Assembly (NCBI RefSeq): GCF_011045215.1 | Contig: NZ_CP049201.1 | DNA: 64,000 nt | Direction: 5' to 3' (one strand) | Source: Escherichia coli | GTDB taxonomy: Bacteria; Pseudomonadota; Gammaproteobacteria; Enterobacterales; Enterobacteriaceae | Part shown: piece after piece, positions 12,914-23,508 of the stretch | How positions within the stretch are numbered: position 1 is the first letter of the stretch | Layout of the letters: each line of letters opens with the position of its first letter | Notes under the pieces: model-generated | What the model was told of the DNA's origin: nothing | What the model saw: the letters and a program-made list of their open reading frames with translations, nothing else | Database searches by the model: none | Translations under genes and position numbers: made by a program

Positions 12914-13963
12914 TTACATCAATGGCTTTTGCCCCCGCTGCCACCAGCGTAACAACAATCGATCGGCGCTCTCTGCCGCGCTGCCGGTGAATCGGTCAAT
13001 GAGTCGTTTACGCTGCATATAGCGTACATTGACCACTTCACGGCCTTCCATCAGGCTAAGAATAACTTCATCACTGGTGTTGATTTCATCAACCAGGCCT
13101 TTCTCTACCGCCTGTTGTCCGTACCAGTGCTCACCCGTTGCCACCTGTTCAATATCCAGAGACGGACGCATACGCTTCACAAAATCTTTAAATAACTGAT
13201 GCGTTTCGTTCAACTCTTCGCGGAATTTCTCCCGCCCTTCTTCGGTATTTTCACCCAGCAAGGTCAGCGTGCGCTTATACTGCCCGGCGGTGTACAGTTC
13301 GATATCAATATCTTTGCTTTTCAGGAAGCGGTTAAAGTTGGGCATTTGCGCAACCACGCCAATGGAACCCACAATAGCAAACGGTGCGGAAACAATTTTG
13401 TCCGCCACACAGGCCATCATGTAACCGCCGCTGGCAGCGACTTTGTCTACCGTAACAGTTAAAGGAATGTTTTTATCACGCAGACGCTGCAGCTGCGAAG
13501 CCGCCAACCCGTAACCATGCACCATGCCACCAGGGCTTTCCAGACGGAGCACAACCTGATCCTGCGGTTTGAATGCTGCGAGTACAGCCGTTATCTCTTC
13601 ACGTAGCGAGTTCACTTCATGGGCGTCCATGCTGCCTTTAAAATCCAGCACCCAGACGCGGGGTTTACTGTCAGTTGCCACCTCGCCCAGTTTGGCTTTC
13701 GCTTTTGCTGCTTTCGCTTCTTGCTTGTGCTTTTTCTTCTGCGCTTTGTGCCACTGTTTTTGCTGATGTGAGTCCATCAGCGCCGCGGCCAGTTCTTCTT
13801 TCATCTCCTTATACTGTTCGCTGAGATTGTTGACCCGTAACTCGCCACGCTGGCGTTTATTACGTTGAGCAACATTGACAATAATGGCGGCAATCGCCGC
13901 AATCGCTAGCACAACGGTAACGATTTTCGCCAAAAACAAACCATATTCAGACAACAATTCCAC
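12914..13963 (-). CDS. sohB: SohB, S49-family periplasmic serine peptidase
   Basis: 349-aa ORF, N-terminal TM segment, ClpP/S49 peptidase core. Confidence 0.95.
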   Translation of the reverse strand: MELLSEYGLFLAKIVTVVLAIAAIAAIIVNVAQRNKRQRGELRVNNLSEQYKEMKEELAAALMDSHQQKQWHKAQKKKHKQEAKAAKAKAKLGEVATDSKPRVWVLDFKGSMDAHEVNSLREEITAVLAAFKPQDQVVLRLESPGGMVHGYGLAASQLQRLRDKNIPLTVTVDKVAASGGYMMACVADKIVSAPFAIVGSIGVVAQMPNFNRFLKSKDIDIELYTAGQYKRTLTLLGENTEEGREKFREELNETHQLFKDFVKRMRPSLDIEQVATGEHWYGQQAVEKGLVDEINTSDEVILSLMEGREVVNVRYMQRKRLIDRFTGSAAESADRLLLRWWQRGQKPLM

Positions 13964-14182
13964 GAGTCCCCACCTTGGTTAAACAACGCTTTGGCTCACA
14001 GTTTACAACAGGCATGTTAAGCCGTCTCGCAGAGATGTTATTGCAGCGAAAGTATGACAAAGTATCCATTTTGCGGTGTTATCGCCCCAGGCTGATTGAA
14101 ATGCCCTTCTGTTTCAGGCATAAAGCCCCAAAGTCATAAAGTACACTGGCAGCGCGACAGACAACGTCGTTGAGGAGTAGCC

Positions 14183-14941
14183 ATGCATTACCAGCCAAAA
14201 CAAGATTTACTCAATGATCGCATTATCCTGGTGACGGGAGCCAGTGATGGTATTGGTCGTGAAGCCGCGATGACGTATGCACGCTATGGTGCGACAGTGA
14301 TTCTGTTGGGCCGTAATGAAGAAAAATTACGTCAGGTAGCCAGCCACATAAACGAAGAAACTGGGCGTCAGCCACAGTGGTTTATTCTCGATTTGCTGAC
14401 CTGCAGGTCCGAAGATTGCCAACAACTGGCACAGCGCATTGCCGTTAATTATCCGCGTCTGGATGGTGTTTTGCATAATGCCGGATTGCTCGGCGATGTT
14501 TGTCCAATGAGCGAACAAAATCCACAGGTCTGGCAGGACGTCATACAGGTCAACGTTAATGCCACCTTTATGCTCACCCAGGCACTGCTTCCTTTATTAC
14601 TCAAATCGGACGCTGGTTCTCTGGTCTTTACTTCATCAAGCGTTGGACGTCAGGGACGAGCCAACTGGGGCGCATATGCAGCGTCGAAATTTGCCACCGA
14701 AGGGATGATGCAGGTACTGGCCGATGAATATCAGCAGCGCCTGCGCGTCAACTGCATTAACCCAGGCGGTACGCGCACCGCAATGCGTGCCAGCGCCTTC
14801 CCGACCGAAGATCCACAGAAACTTAAAACACCCGCTGATATCATGCCGCTCTACCTCTGGCTGATGGGCGATGACAGCCGCCGTAAAACCGGCATGACCT
14901 TTGACGCCCAACCGGGCCGTAAACCAGGAATTTCCCAATGA
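14183..14941 (+). CDS. yciK: YciK, short-chain dehydrogenase/reductase
   Basis: 252-aa ORF with Rossmann motif TGASDGIG and SDR catalytic Y-x3-K. Confidence 0.9.
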   Translation: MHYQPKQDLLNDRIILVTGASDGIGREAAMTYARYGATVILLGRNEEKLRQVASHINEETGRQPQWFILDLLTCRSEDCQQLAQRIAVNYPRLDGVLHNAGLLGDVCPMSEQNPQVWQDVIQVNVNATFMLTQALLPLLLKSDAGSLVFTSSSVGRQGRANWGAYAASKFATEGMMQVLADEYQQRLRVNCINPGGTRTAMRASAFPTEDPQKLKTPADIMPLYLWLMGDDSRRKTGMTFDAQPGRKPGISQ

Positions 14942-15528
14942 GTGATGAACGCTACCAACAGCGTCAGCAGCGAGTGAAAGAAAAAGTAGATGCTCGTGTG
15001 GCCCAGGCCCAGGATGAACGCGGTATTATCATCGTCTTTACCGGCAATGGAAAAGGCAAAACCACCGCGGCATTTGGTACGGCAACACGCGCAGTTGGTC
15101 ACGGAAAAAAAGTGGGCGTCGTGCAGTTTATTAAAGGCACCTGGCCTAATGGCGAACGCAATCTGCTGGAGCCACATGGCGTTGAGTTTCAGGTGATGGC
15201 AACGGGCTTTACCTGGGATACACAAAACCGCGAGTCTGATACCGCCGCCTGCCGCGAAGTCTGGCAACATGCAAAGCGGATGCTTGCTGATTCCTCACTG
15301 GATATGGTTTTGCTTGATGAGCTGACTTATATGGTGGCGTATGACTATTTGCCACTGGAAGAAGTGGTGCAGGCGTTAAATGAACGTCCACATCAACAGA
15401 CGGTGATTATCACGGGTCGAGGCTGTCATCGGGATATTCTTGAACTGGCGGATACGGTGAGTGGGTTGCGCCCCATCAAACATGCGTTTGATGCCGGTGT
15501 AAAAGCGCAGATAGGGATCGATTATTAA
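14938..15528 (+). CDS. btuR: Cob(I)alamin adenosyltransferase
   Basis: 196-aa ORF overlapping yciK stop (ATGA); P-loop GNGKGKTTAAFG; matches recalled BtuR/CobA. Confidence 0.95.
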   Translation: MSDERYQQRQQRVKEKVDARVAQAQDERGIIIVFTGNGKGKTTAAFGTATRAVGHGKKVGVVQFIKGTWPNGERNLLEPHGVEFQVMATGFTWDTQNRESDTAACREVWQHAKRMLADSSLDMVLLDELTYMVAYDYLPLEEVVQALNERPHQQTVIITGRGCHRDILELADTVSGLRPIKHAFDAGVKAQIGIDY

Positions 15529-15539
15529 TCTGTAAAAAT

Positions 15540-15562
15540 GCCGGATATGACGTCCGGCATAC
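15540..15562. terminator. Hairpin between btuR and rluB
   Basis: Inverted repeat TGCCGGA..TCCGGCA between convergent genes. Confidence 0.55.
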
Positions 15563-15567
15563 TTTGA

Positions 15568-16443
15568 TTAACCGTTATTATTACGTCCGCCAGAACGACG
15601 ACCGCCGCTCACCTGACTGTGACGTTTCACCGCACGACGAATCTGATTCGCCTTCATGCGACGACGGTCTTTTTCTACAGCGACTTTAGAGCTGGTTTCT
15701 GGCGGTAGCTCCACCAGTTCGCGCAGATAGTTAGTCTGGGCGAGGTCCAGCTCCGTCCAGCCACCGCGTGGCAGACCTTTTGGCAGTGGGATATCACCGT
15801 AACGAACACGGATCAGGCGGCTCACCTGCACACCAACCGCTTCCCACAGACGACGAACTTCACGGTTACGGCCTTCGGTCAGAGTCACGTTGTACCACTG
15901 GTTGATCCCTTCGCCGCCGCTGAACTTGATGGTTTTAAAAGCTGCCGGACCATCTTCCAACTGCACGCCACGACTCAAATCACGCAGTTTCGCGTCGTCA
16001 ACCTGACCAAATACACGCACGGCATATTCACGTTCAACTTCACGGCTTGGGTGCATTAAACGGTTTGCCAGTTCACCATCGGTGGTGAACAGCAGCAGAC
16101 CACAGGTATTAACGTCCAAGCGACCCACGGCAATCCAGCGTGCGCCACGTAGTTTTGGCAGACGGTCAAACACCGTTGGACGTCCTTCCGGATCGTTACG
16201 GGTACACAACTCACCTTCCGGTTTGTAATAGGCCAGAACGCGACAAATTTGTTCAGCGGACTCACGTACCGAAATCAGGTGACCATCGATACGGATTTTC
16301 AATCCAGGGGTAACTTCAACGCGATCGCCGAGTTTAGCAATTTTGCCATCAACACTCACACGACCGGCTTCAATAATAGATTCGATTTCACGGCGAGAAC
16401 CGTGGCCGGCACGCGCCAGCACTTTCTGTAGCTTTTCGCTCAT
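15568..16443 (-). CDS. rluB: 23S rRNA pseudouridine synthase RluB
   Basis: 291-aa ORF, S4 domain plus RsuA-type pseudouridine synthase core, Arg/Gly-rich C-terminus. Confidence 0.95.
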
Positions 16444-16655
16444 AGAGCTTCCTTTTGGTGTCGCCTTCCCAGGCGTCTGATATGCTTTTGTGCAACAGTG
16501 AGTCAGAACTTACATCTGACTCACTGATAGTAAAGTCTGTTTGAACTCTTCAGGCCTTAAGTAAACGACTCGACGTTTTAACTGGCCTGGCTTTGAGGCG
16601 CAACATACTACACTATCTTTATGGTTAAAGCTTGTTTCGATTAACATCAGCTTAA

Positions 16656-18551
16656 TTACCAGCCACCACCGCCTCCGCCACCCGCGCCGCCGCCAGAACC
16701 ACCACCGGAATAGCTCCGCCCCAACAAACTGGTATAGGCCCCGCAACTCAGGTGCGTCTGTAATGAGAATAAAACGCCACTACGGGCAATTTCCGGGGCG
16801 CTAACAGCCGCTGTGAGTGATGGGGTGATACGTGCTGCCCATTCTCTTCCAAGATTTGCTGAGACTGCCCAACCTAGCAACGCGTAATCCAGTTTCCGTG
16901 TTTCCCCTTTCCGCCGCCGCCCACTGTGTGTTGCCGCCTCTTTACGCGCAAGATAGTTAACGATAGCTTCACCGTGGGCATAACGTTGCTGCCCAGTTTG
17001 GGTAAACTTTGGCAGAAAAATATACCCCATACCAGTGAGATAACCGGTCAGGAAAACAGCGCTAAAATAACCCGCTGACATATACCAGTAAAAGAATACA
17101 TCTCCGACATTGATATAGAGAGAATAAAAGGCCACGCCTGAACAAATCAGCGGTAAAAACAAAGTGATGATTACACGATTAACGCAAGGCTTGTCATCAT
17201 CGCGGGCAAACAAAAGCTCAAGGGAACAAAATAAAAAAGGAAGAAGCCAGCAGATCATAATAAACATATCGCCCACCAGACTCATTCCTGCCCAGCCTAC
17301 AGGACTCAGGTTACCGTAGAGAATGACCGCCAATATTGCCAGTCCACCCCATTGCAAAAACATATCAGGCCGGTAAAACGAAGACTTTTTACGCGGCAGA
17401 TAAAATTTCTGCATTCGTAAAAATGCCCTGCGTAACACTCTGTTTCGCCCACCGCTCAGAATAACCTTATCGCTTTTGCGAAATAACGCGTCCAGCAATA
17501 ACTGCTCTGCGGGCAGTAATTCAGCATTATTTCTGGTCGCGCCTTCATTAACACGAATTAGGGTTTGCTGGTTCTTGTCATACTGATCTTCCAGATGAAT
17601 TTTTCCTTTCACAATCAGATTTACGATATCAGCACAAAAACCTTTATCGTCATAAACCAGCTTCGCATCGAGACGTAACATGCCGGGCGTGTAATCGGGT
17701 GGAATGACATCAGTTTCCATCACTTCCACCGGCGTAAATTGCGGCCTGCGCTTCCAGAGATATAACCATCCACACGCCAGGAACAGGCACGGAAACCAAA
17801 TTAACAACGATGACGTAGAAGGTAAAAGAAGATGGCTGAAAATATTCGTCGTTTGTGGTACCGGGGCATTACCAAGTAAAGCGTGAGGCCAGCGGTAGAG
17901 TACCGTGAAATCTTCACGATAAAACGGATCGCGGGATTCAATTCTTCCGTCCTCAAGGATGCGGCCATTTCGATATGTGTCGCCCTCTTCTCCAGTAAAG
18001 AGATCGATTTCGCTAAATGGATTACCCGCGATATCAGGGAACTTGAGTGAAAATCGGGTCTTATAGATTTCAAACGGCCAGTGGTTACCAGTCACGTTCC
18101 AGATTAACAGATCTGAATCTCCCTCACGCTGGAAAGCATTTTTAACCTGATAATGAATTTGATAATGATAGTCGCCTTGAGGCAAGAAACGTTGTTTATC
18201 GCCCACGACAATACTCATTAACCCGATATGCCAGTCATGATGCCAGGGTTCAGGAATACCATCACGGGTGACGCCAACAATATGATAGTTCAGCAGTGCA
18301 GCGTCCCCATTAGGCTGCATCCATAGTCGTGGTAAATCACGATAAAATCCGTGCTTAATCTGCTGATTTCGCGCCTGAAAATGAATGTTCTCTTTGATGT
18401 CGAGCACCCCATCCGGTTGCAGAGTGGCTTCAACATCAAAGAGCGAGATCCCTTCTTCATAAGAAGGCATCTCCGTGTTTTTCGCATAACTTAACGAAGA
18501 GAAAAAAAGCCCAACTATCAATAGCAAAATGCAGCGAAACTTCCCTGCCAT
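16656..18551 (-). CDS. yciQ: YciQ, large membrane protein with glycine-rich C-terminus
   Basis: 631-aa ORF, signal peptide, several TM segments, C-terminal GGGSGGGAGGGGGGGW. Confidence 0.9.
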   Translation of the reverse strand: MAGKFRCILLLIVGLFFSSLSYAKNTEMPSYEEGISLFDVEATLQPDGVLDIKENIHFQARNQQIKHGFYRDLPRLWMQPNGDAALLNYHIVGVTRDGIPEPWHHDWHIGLMSIVVGDKQRFLPQGDYHYQIHYQVKNAFQREGDSDLLIWNVTGNHWPFEIYKTRFSLKFPDIAGNPFSEIDLFTGEEGDTYRNGRILEDGRIESRDPFYREDFTVLYRWPHALLGNAPVPQTTNIFSHLLLPSTSSLLIWFPCLFLACGWLYLWKRRPQFTPVEVMETDVIPPDYTPGMLRLDAKLVYDDKGFCADIVNLIVKGKIHLEDQYDKNQQTLIRVNEGATRNNAELLPAEQLLLDALFRKSDKVILSGGRNRVLRRAFLRMQKFYLPRKKSSFYRPDMFLQWGGLAILAVILYGNLSPVGWAGMSLVGDMFIMICWLLPFLFCSLELLFARDDDKPCVNRVIITLFLPLICSGVAFYSLYINVGDVFFYWYMSAGYFSAVFLTGYLTGMGYIFLPKFTQTGQQRYAHGEAIVNYLARKEAATHSGRRRKGETRKLDYALLGWAVSANLGREWAARITPSLTAAVSAPEIARSGVLFSLQTHLSCGAYTSLLGRSYSGGGSGGGAGGGGGGGW

Positions 18552-18578
18552 AGTCTTCCATCCGTGGAACGCAATTTG

Positions 18579-19199
18579 TTATAAGAAAGGCTTCACATCA
18601 CCTACGCCTTCACGCACCACGACCGGCGTATCATCGGTAAGATCAATAACCGTTGTTGGTTTCTGCCCGAGATAGCCACCGTGAATAATCAAATCCACCT
18701 GTTTTTCCAGACGGTCTTTAATTTCTTCCGGGTCCGATTCGGTAAATTCGCTGCCTGGCAGCATTAGCGAAGTGGAAAGCATCGGTTCGCCCAATGCTTC
18801 AAGCAACGCCTGCGCAATCGGGTTAGAAGGCACACGCATACCGATGGTTTTGCGTTTTTCCTGCAACAGACGGCGTGGCACTTCTTTCGTCCCTTTCAGG
18901 ATGAAGGTGTAGTTACCCGGCGTGTTGTTTTTCATCAAACGAAACGCAACGTTATCGACAAATGAATAGGTCGAGAGTTCAGAAAGATCGCGACACATCA
19001 GGGTAAAGTTGTGACCGTCCGGCAGCTGGCGAATACGACAAATACGCTCCATGGCGTTTTTATCTTCAATTTTACAGCCGAGCGCATAGCCGGAATCAGT
19101 TGGATAAACAATCACCCCGCCTTTGCGCACGATCTCCACCGCCTGGTTGATCAGACGTTGCTGTGGGTTATCTGGATGAATATAAAAAAACTGGCTCAT
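18579..19199 (-). CDS. yciO: YciO, YrdC/Sua5-family protein
   Basis: ORF track 18579..19235; recalled YciO begins MSQFFYIHPDNPQQRL, ATG at 19199, ATGA overlap with trpH stop. Confidence 0.9.
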   Translation of the reverse strand: MSQFFYIHPDNPQQRLINQAVEIVRKGGVIVYPTDSGYALGCKIEDKNAMERICRIRQLPDGHNFTLMCRDLSELSTYSFVDNVAFRLMKNNTPGNYTFILKGTKEVPRRLLQEKRKTIGMRVPSNPIAQALLEALGEPMLSTSLMLPGSEFTESDPEEIKDRLEKQVDLIIHGGYLGQKPTTVIDLTDDTPVVVREGVGDVKPFL

Positions 19200-20077
19200 A
19201 ATTCCCTCTCTGTGGTGTTCTGCGGCTGTTCCCATAGCTGCCAGACGCCTTCAACGCCTGCGGGCAGCCAGAGTTTACGACCCAGTTCGATCCACGGGCA
19301 TGGCTGATGAAAATCAGATCCTTGTGATGCCCATAAATGATGCTGACGCGCAAGTGTCGCCAGCTGGGTGCGTTCATTGGGCGATTGCTGGCACTGCGCG
19401 ACTTCCATCGCGTCGCCGTCGTGTTCGGCAAAATGCGCAACCAATCTTTTCAGCCATTTAGCACTAAGATTGTACCGCCCAGGATGAGCTAGCACCGCCT
19501 TACCGCCAGAATGATGAATGACATCAATAGCTTGTTCTATTGTACACCACTGTGGCGGAACGTATCCGGTTTTCCCGCGCGCCAGATACTTTTTAAAGAC
19601 ATCCGCCATTGAACTGGCTTTGCCGCACTCAACAAGGAAACGCGCAAAATGACCGCGCGTCACTGCGCCGCCCTGCGCCAGTCGTTGTGCGCCTTCCAGC
19701 GCCCCAGGTATTTGCGCTTTTTCAAGTCTTTCGGCAATTTGCTGCGCCCGCTGATTGCGCCGTTCTGTCTGCTGCGCGAGGAACTCACACATTAGCGGAT
19801 GAGTAATATCAATATTCAGCCCGACAATATGAATTTCATGATTTTCCCAGACCGTGGAAATTTCCACGCCGGGAATAAGATTCAGCGCCAGTCCCGAACG
19901 TGAAATTTCCTCTCTTGCTGGCGCGATTGCAGCTGTGGTGTCATGGTCGGTGATCGCCAGGGTGCCGACGCGCATCTCGACTGCACGGTGCACCAATGCT
20001 TCTGGCGTCAGGCAGCCATCGGAAGCTGTGGTATGGCTATGCAGATCGTAAATCACTGCGTAATTCGTGTCGCTCAA
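19196..20077 (-). CDS. rnm: TrpH/YciV PHP-domain 5'-3' exoribonuclease (RNase AM)
   Basis: 293-aa ORF, PHP metal-binding motifs (HSHTTASDG, ITDHD); divergent from trp operon as in E. coli. Confidence 0.9.
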   Translation of the reverse strand: MSDTNYAVIYDLHSHTTASDGCLTPEALVHRAVEMRVGTLAITDHDTTAAIAPAREEISRSGLALNLIPGVEISTVWENHEIHIVGLNIDITHPLMCEFLAQQTERRNQRAQQIAERLEKAQIPGALEGAQRLAQGGAVTRGHFARFLVECGKASSMADVFKKYLARGKTGYVPPQWCTIEQAIDVIHHSGGKAVLAHPGRYNLSAKWLKRLVAHFAEHDGDAMEVAQCQQSPNERTQLATLARQHHLWASQGSDFHQPCPWIELGRKLWLPAGVEGVWQLWEQPQNTTEREL

Positions 20078-20149
20078 GGCGCACTCCCGTTCTGGATAAT
20101 GTTTTTTGCGCCGACATCATAACGGTTCTGGCAAATATTCTGAAATGAG

Positions 20150-20190
20150 CTGTTGACAATTAATCATCGAACTAGTTAACTAGTACGCAA
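20150..20190 (+). promoter_or_regulatory. trp promoter with TrpR operator
   Basis: -35 TTGACA 20153-20158, -10 TTAACT 20176-20181, operator palindrome ACTAGTTAACTAGT overlapping -10. Confidence 0.85.
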
Positions 20191-20214
20191 GTTCACGTAA
20201 AAAGGGTATCGACA

Positions 20215-20259
20215 ATGAAAGCAATTTTCGTACTGAAAGCTTGGTGGCGCACTTCCTGA
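20215..20259 (+). CDS. trpL: trp leader peptide (14 aa, tandem Trp codons)
   Basis: ATG AAA GCA ATT TTC GTA CTG AAA GCT TGG TGG CGC ACT TCC TGA; reads [14 protein letters not shown]. Confidence 0.9.
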   Translation: [14 protein letters not shown]

Positions 20260-20301
20260 AACGGGCAGTGTATTCACCATGCGTAAAGCAATCAGATACC
20301 C

Positions 20302-20329
20302 AGCCCGCCTAATGAGCGGGCTTTTTTTT
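20302..20329 (+). terminator. trp attenuator (3:4 terminator hairpin)
   Basis: AGCCCGCCTAATGAGCGGGCT followed by TTTTTTTT, between trpL and trpE. Confidence 0.9.
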
Positions 20330-20350
20330 GAACAAAATTAGAGAATAACA

Positions 20351-21913
20351 ATGCAAACACAAAAACCGACTCTCGAACTGCTAACCTGCGAAGGCGCTTA
20401 TCGCGACAACCCGACTGCGCTTTTTCACCAGTTGTGTGGGGATCGTCCGGCAACGCTGCTGCTGGAATCCGCAGATATCGACAGCAAAGATGATTTAAAA
20501 AGCCTGCTGCTGGTAGACAGTGCGCTGCGCATTACAGCTTTAGGTGACACTGTCACAATCCAGTCCCTTTCCGGCAACGGCGAAGCCCTGCTGACACTAC
20601 TGGATAACGCCCTGCCTGCGGGTGTGGAAAATGAACAATTACCAAACTGCCGTGTGCTGCGCTTCCCCCCTGTTAGTCCACTGCTGGATGAAGACGCTCG
20701 CTTATGCTCCCTTTCGGTTTTTGACGCTTTCCGCTTATTGCAGAATCTGTTGAATGTACCGAAGGAAGAACGAGAAGCCATGTTCTTCGGCGGCCTGTTC
20801 TCTTATGACCTTGTGGCGGGGTTTGAAGATTTACCGCAACTGTCAGCGGAAAATAACTGCCCTGATTTCTGTTTTTATCTCGCTGAAACGCTGATGGTGA
20901 TTGACCATCAGAAAAAAAGCACCCGCATTCAGGCCAGCCTGTTTGCTCCGAATGAAGAAGAAAAACAACGTCTCACTGCTCGCCTGAACGATCTTCGCCA
21001 GCAACTGACCGAAACCGCGCCACCGCTGCCGGTGGTTTCCGTGCCGCATATGCGTTGTGAATGTAACCAGAGCGATGAAGAGTTCGGTGGCGTAGTGCGT
21101 TTGTTGCAAAAAGCGATTCGCGCTGGAGAAATTTTCCAGGTGGTGCCATCTCGCCGTTTCTCTCTGCCCTGCCCGTCACCGCTGGCGGCCTATTACGTGC
21201 TGAAAAAGAGTAATCCCAGCCCGTACATGTTTTTTATGCAGGATAATGATTTCACCCTGTTTGGCGCGTCGCCGGAAAGTTCGCTCAAGTATGACGCCAC
21301 CAGCCGCCAGATTGAGATCTACCCGATTGCCGGAACACGTCCACGCGGTCGTCGTGCCGATGGTTCACTGGACAGAGACCTCGACAGCCGCATCGAACTG
21401 GAAATGCGTACCGATCATAAAGAGCTTTCTGAACATCTGATGCTGGTGGATCTCGCCCGTAATGATCTGGCACGCATTTGCACCCCCGGCAGCCGCTACG
21501 TCGCCGATCTTACCAAAGTTGACCGTTACTCTTACGTGATGCACCTGGTCTCCCGCGTGGTCGGTGAGCTGCGCCACGATCTCGACGCCCTACACGCTTA
21601 CCGCGCCTGTATGAATATGGGTACGTTAAGCGGTGCGCCGAAAGTACGCGCTATGCAGTTAATTGCCGAGGCTGAAGGTCGTCGCCGCGGCAGCTACGGC
21701 GGCGCGGTAGGTTATTTCACCGCGCATGGCGATCTCGACACCTGCATTGTGATCCGCTCGGCGCTGGTGGAAAACGGTATCGCCACCGTGCAAGCCGGTG
21801 CTGGCGTAGTCCTTGATTCTGTTCCGCAGTCGGAAGCCGACGAAACCCGTAATAAAGCCCGCGCTGTACTGCGCGCTATTGCCACCGCGCATCATGCACA
21901 GGAGACTTTCTGA
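20351..21913 (+). CDS. trpE: Anthranilate synthase component I
   Basis: 520-aa ORF; matches recalled TrpE. Confidence 0.97.
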   Translation: MQTQKPTLELLTCEGAYRDNPTALFHQLCGDRPATLLLESADIDSKDDLKSLLLVDSALRITALGDTVTIQSLSGNGEALLTLLDNALPAGVENEQLPNCRVLRFPPVSPLLDEDARLCSLSVFDAFRLLQNLLNVPKEEREAMFFGGLFSYDLVAGFEDLPQLSAENNCPDFCFYLAETLMVIDHQKKSTRIQASLFAPNEEEKQRLTARLNDLRQQLTETAPPLPVVSVPHMRCECNQSDEEFGGVVRLLQKAIRAGEIFQVVPSRRFSLPCPSPLAAYYVLKKSNPSPYMFFMQDNDFTLFGASPESSLKYDATSRQIEIYPIAGTRPRGRRADGSLDRDLDSRIELEMRTDHKELSEHLMLVDLARNDLARICTPGSRYVADLTKVDRYSYVMHLVSRVVGELRHDLDALHAYRACMNMGTLSGAPKVRAMQLIAEAEGRRRGSYGGAVGYFTAHGDLDTCIVIRSALVENGIATVQAGAGVVLDSVPQSEADETRNKARAVLRAIATAHHAQETF

Positions 21914-23508
21914 TGGCTGACATTCTGCTGCTCGATAATATCGACTCTTTTACGTACAACCTGGCAGATCAGTTGCGCAGCAATGGGCATAACGTGGTGA
22001 TTTACCGCAACCATATTCCGGCGCAAACCTTAATTGAACGCCTGGCGACGATGAGCAATCCGGTGCTGATGCTTTCTCCAGGACCCGGTGTGCCGAGCGA
22101 AGCTGGTTGTATGCCTGAACTGCTTACCCGCCTGCGCGGTAAGCTGCCTATTATTGGCATTTGCCTCGGTCATCAGGCAATTGTCGAAGCTTACGGGGGC
22201 TATGTCGGTCAGGCGGGCGAAATTCTCCACGGTAAAGCGTCGAGCATTGAACACGACGGTCAGGCGATGTTTGCCGGATTAACAAACCCATTGCCGGTGG
22301 CGCGTTATCACTCGCTGGTTGGCAGTAACATTCCGGCAGGTTTAACCATCAATGCCCATTTTAATGGCATGGTGATGGCAGTACGTCACGATGCGGATCG
22401 CGTTTGTGGATTCCAGTTCCATCCGGAATCCATTCTTACTACCCAGGGCGCTCGCCTGCTGGAACAAACGCTGGCCTGGGCGCAGCAGAAACTAGAGCCA
22501 ACCAACACGCTGCAACCGATTCTGGAAAAACTGTATCAGGCACAGACCCTTAGCCAACAAGAAAGCCACCAGCTGTTTTCAGCGGTGGTACGTGGCGAGC
22601 TGAAGCCGGAACAACTGGCGGCGGCGCTGGTGAGCATGAAAATTCGCGGCGAGCACCCGAACGAGATCGCCGGAGCAGCAACCGCGCTACTGGAAAACGC
22701 CGCGCCGTTCCCGCGCCCGGATTATCTGTTTGCCGATATCGTCGGCACCGGCGGTGACGGCAGCAACAGCATCAATATTTCTACCGCCAGTGCGTTTGTC
22801 GCCGCGGCCTGTGGGCTGAAAGTGGCGAAACACGGCAACCGTAGCGTCTCCAGTAAATCTGGTTCGTCCGATCTGCTGGCGGCGTTCGGTATTAATCTTG
22901 ATATGAACGCCGATAAATCGCGCCAGGCGCTGGATGAGTTAGGTGTTTGTTTCCTCTTTGCGCCGAAATATCACACCGGATTCCGCCACGCGATGCCGGT
23001 TCGCCAGCAACTGAAAACCCGCACCCTGTTCAATGTGCTGGGGCCATTGATTAACCCGGCGCATCCGCCGCTGGCGTTAATTGGTGTTTATAGTCCGGAA
23101 CTGGTGCTGCCGATTGCCGAAACCTTGCGCGTGCTGGGGTATCAACGCGCGGCGGTGGTGCACAGCGGCGGGATGGATGAAGTTTCATTACACGCGCCGA
23201 CAATCGTTGCCGAGCTGCACGATGGCGAAATTAAGAGCTATCAGCTCACCGCAGAAGACTTTGGCCTGACACCCTACCACCAGGAGCAACTGGCAGGCGG
23301 AACACCGGAAGAAAACCGTGACATTTTAACACGCTTGTTACAAGGTAAAGGCGACGCCGCCCATGAAGCAGCCGTCGCGGCGAACGTCGCCATGTTAATG
23401 CGCTTGCATGGCCATGAAGATCTGCAAGCCAATGCGCAAACCGTTCTTGAGGTACTGCGCAGTGGTTCCGCTTACGACAGAGTCACCGCACTGGCGGCAC
23501 GAGGGTAA
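21913..23508 (+). CDS. trpD: Anthranilate synthase component II / anthranilate phosphoribosyltransferase
   Basis: 531-aa ORF, glutamine amidotransferase N-domain plus PRT C-domain. Confidence 0.97.
   Translation: MADILLLDNIDSFTYNLADQLRSNGHNVVIYRNHIPAQTLIERLATMSNPVLMLSPGPGVPSEAGCMPELLTRLRGKLPIIGICLGHQAIVEAYGGYVGQAGEILHGKASSIEHDGQAMFAGLTNPLPVARYHSLVGSNIPAGLTINAHFNGMVMAVRHDADRVCGFQFHPESILTTQGARLLEQTLAWAQQKLEPTNTLQPILEKLYQAQTLSQQESHQLFSAVVRGELKPEQLAAALVSMKIRGEHPNEIAGAATALLENAAPFPRPDYLFADIVGTGGDGSNSINISTASAFVAAACGLKVAKHGNRSVSSKSGSSDLLAAFGINLDMNADKSRQALDELGVCFLFAPKYHTGFRHAMPVRQQLKTRTLFNVLGPLINPAHPPLALIGVYSPELVLPIAETLRVLGYQRAAVVHSGGMDEVSLHAPTIVAELHDGEIKSYQLTAEDFGLTPYHQEQLAGGTPEENRDILTRLLQGKGDAAHEAAVAANVAMLMRLHGHEDLQANAQTVLEVLRSGSAYDRVTALAARG

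Noticed and set aside
16510-16746. 78-aa ORF overlapping the 3' end of yciQ
   Set aside because: Alternative frame across the glycine-rich tail of YciQ (reads as W/R-rich nonsense); no independent support.
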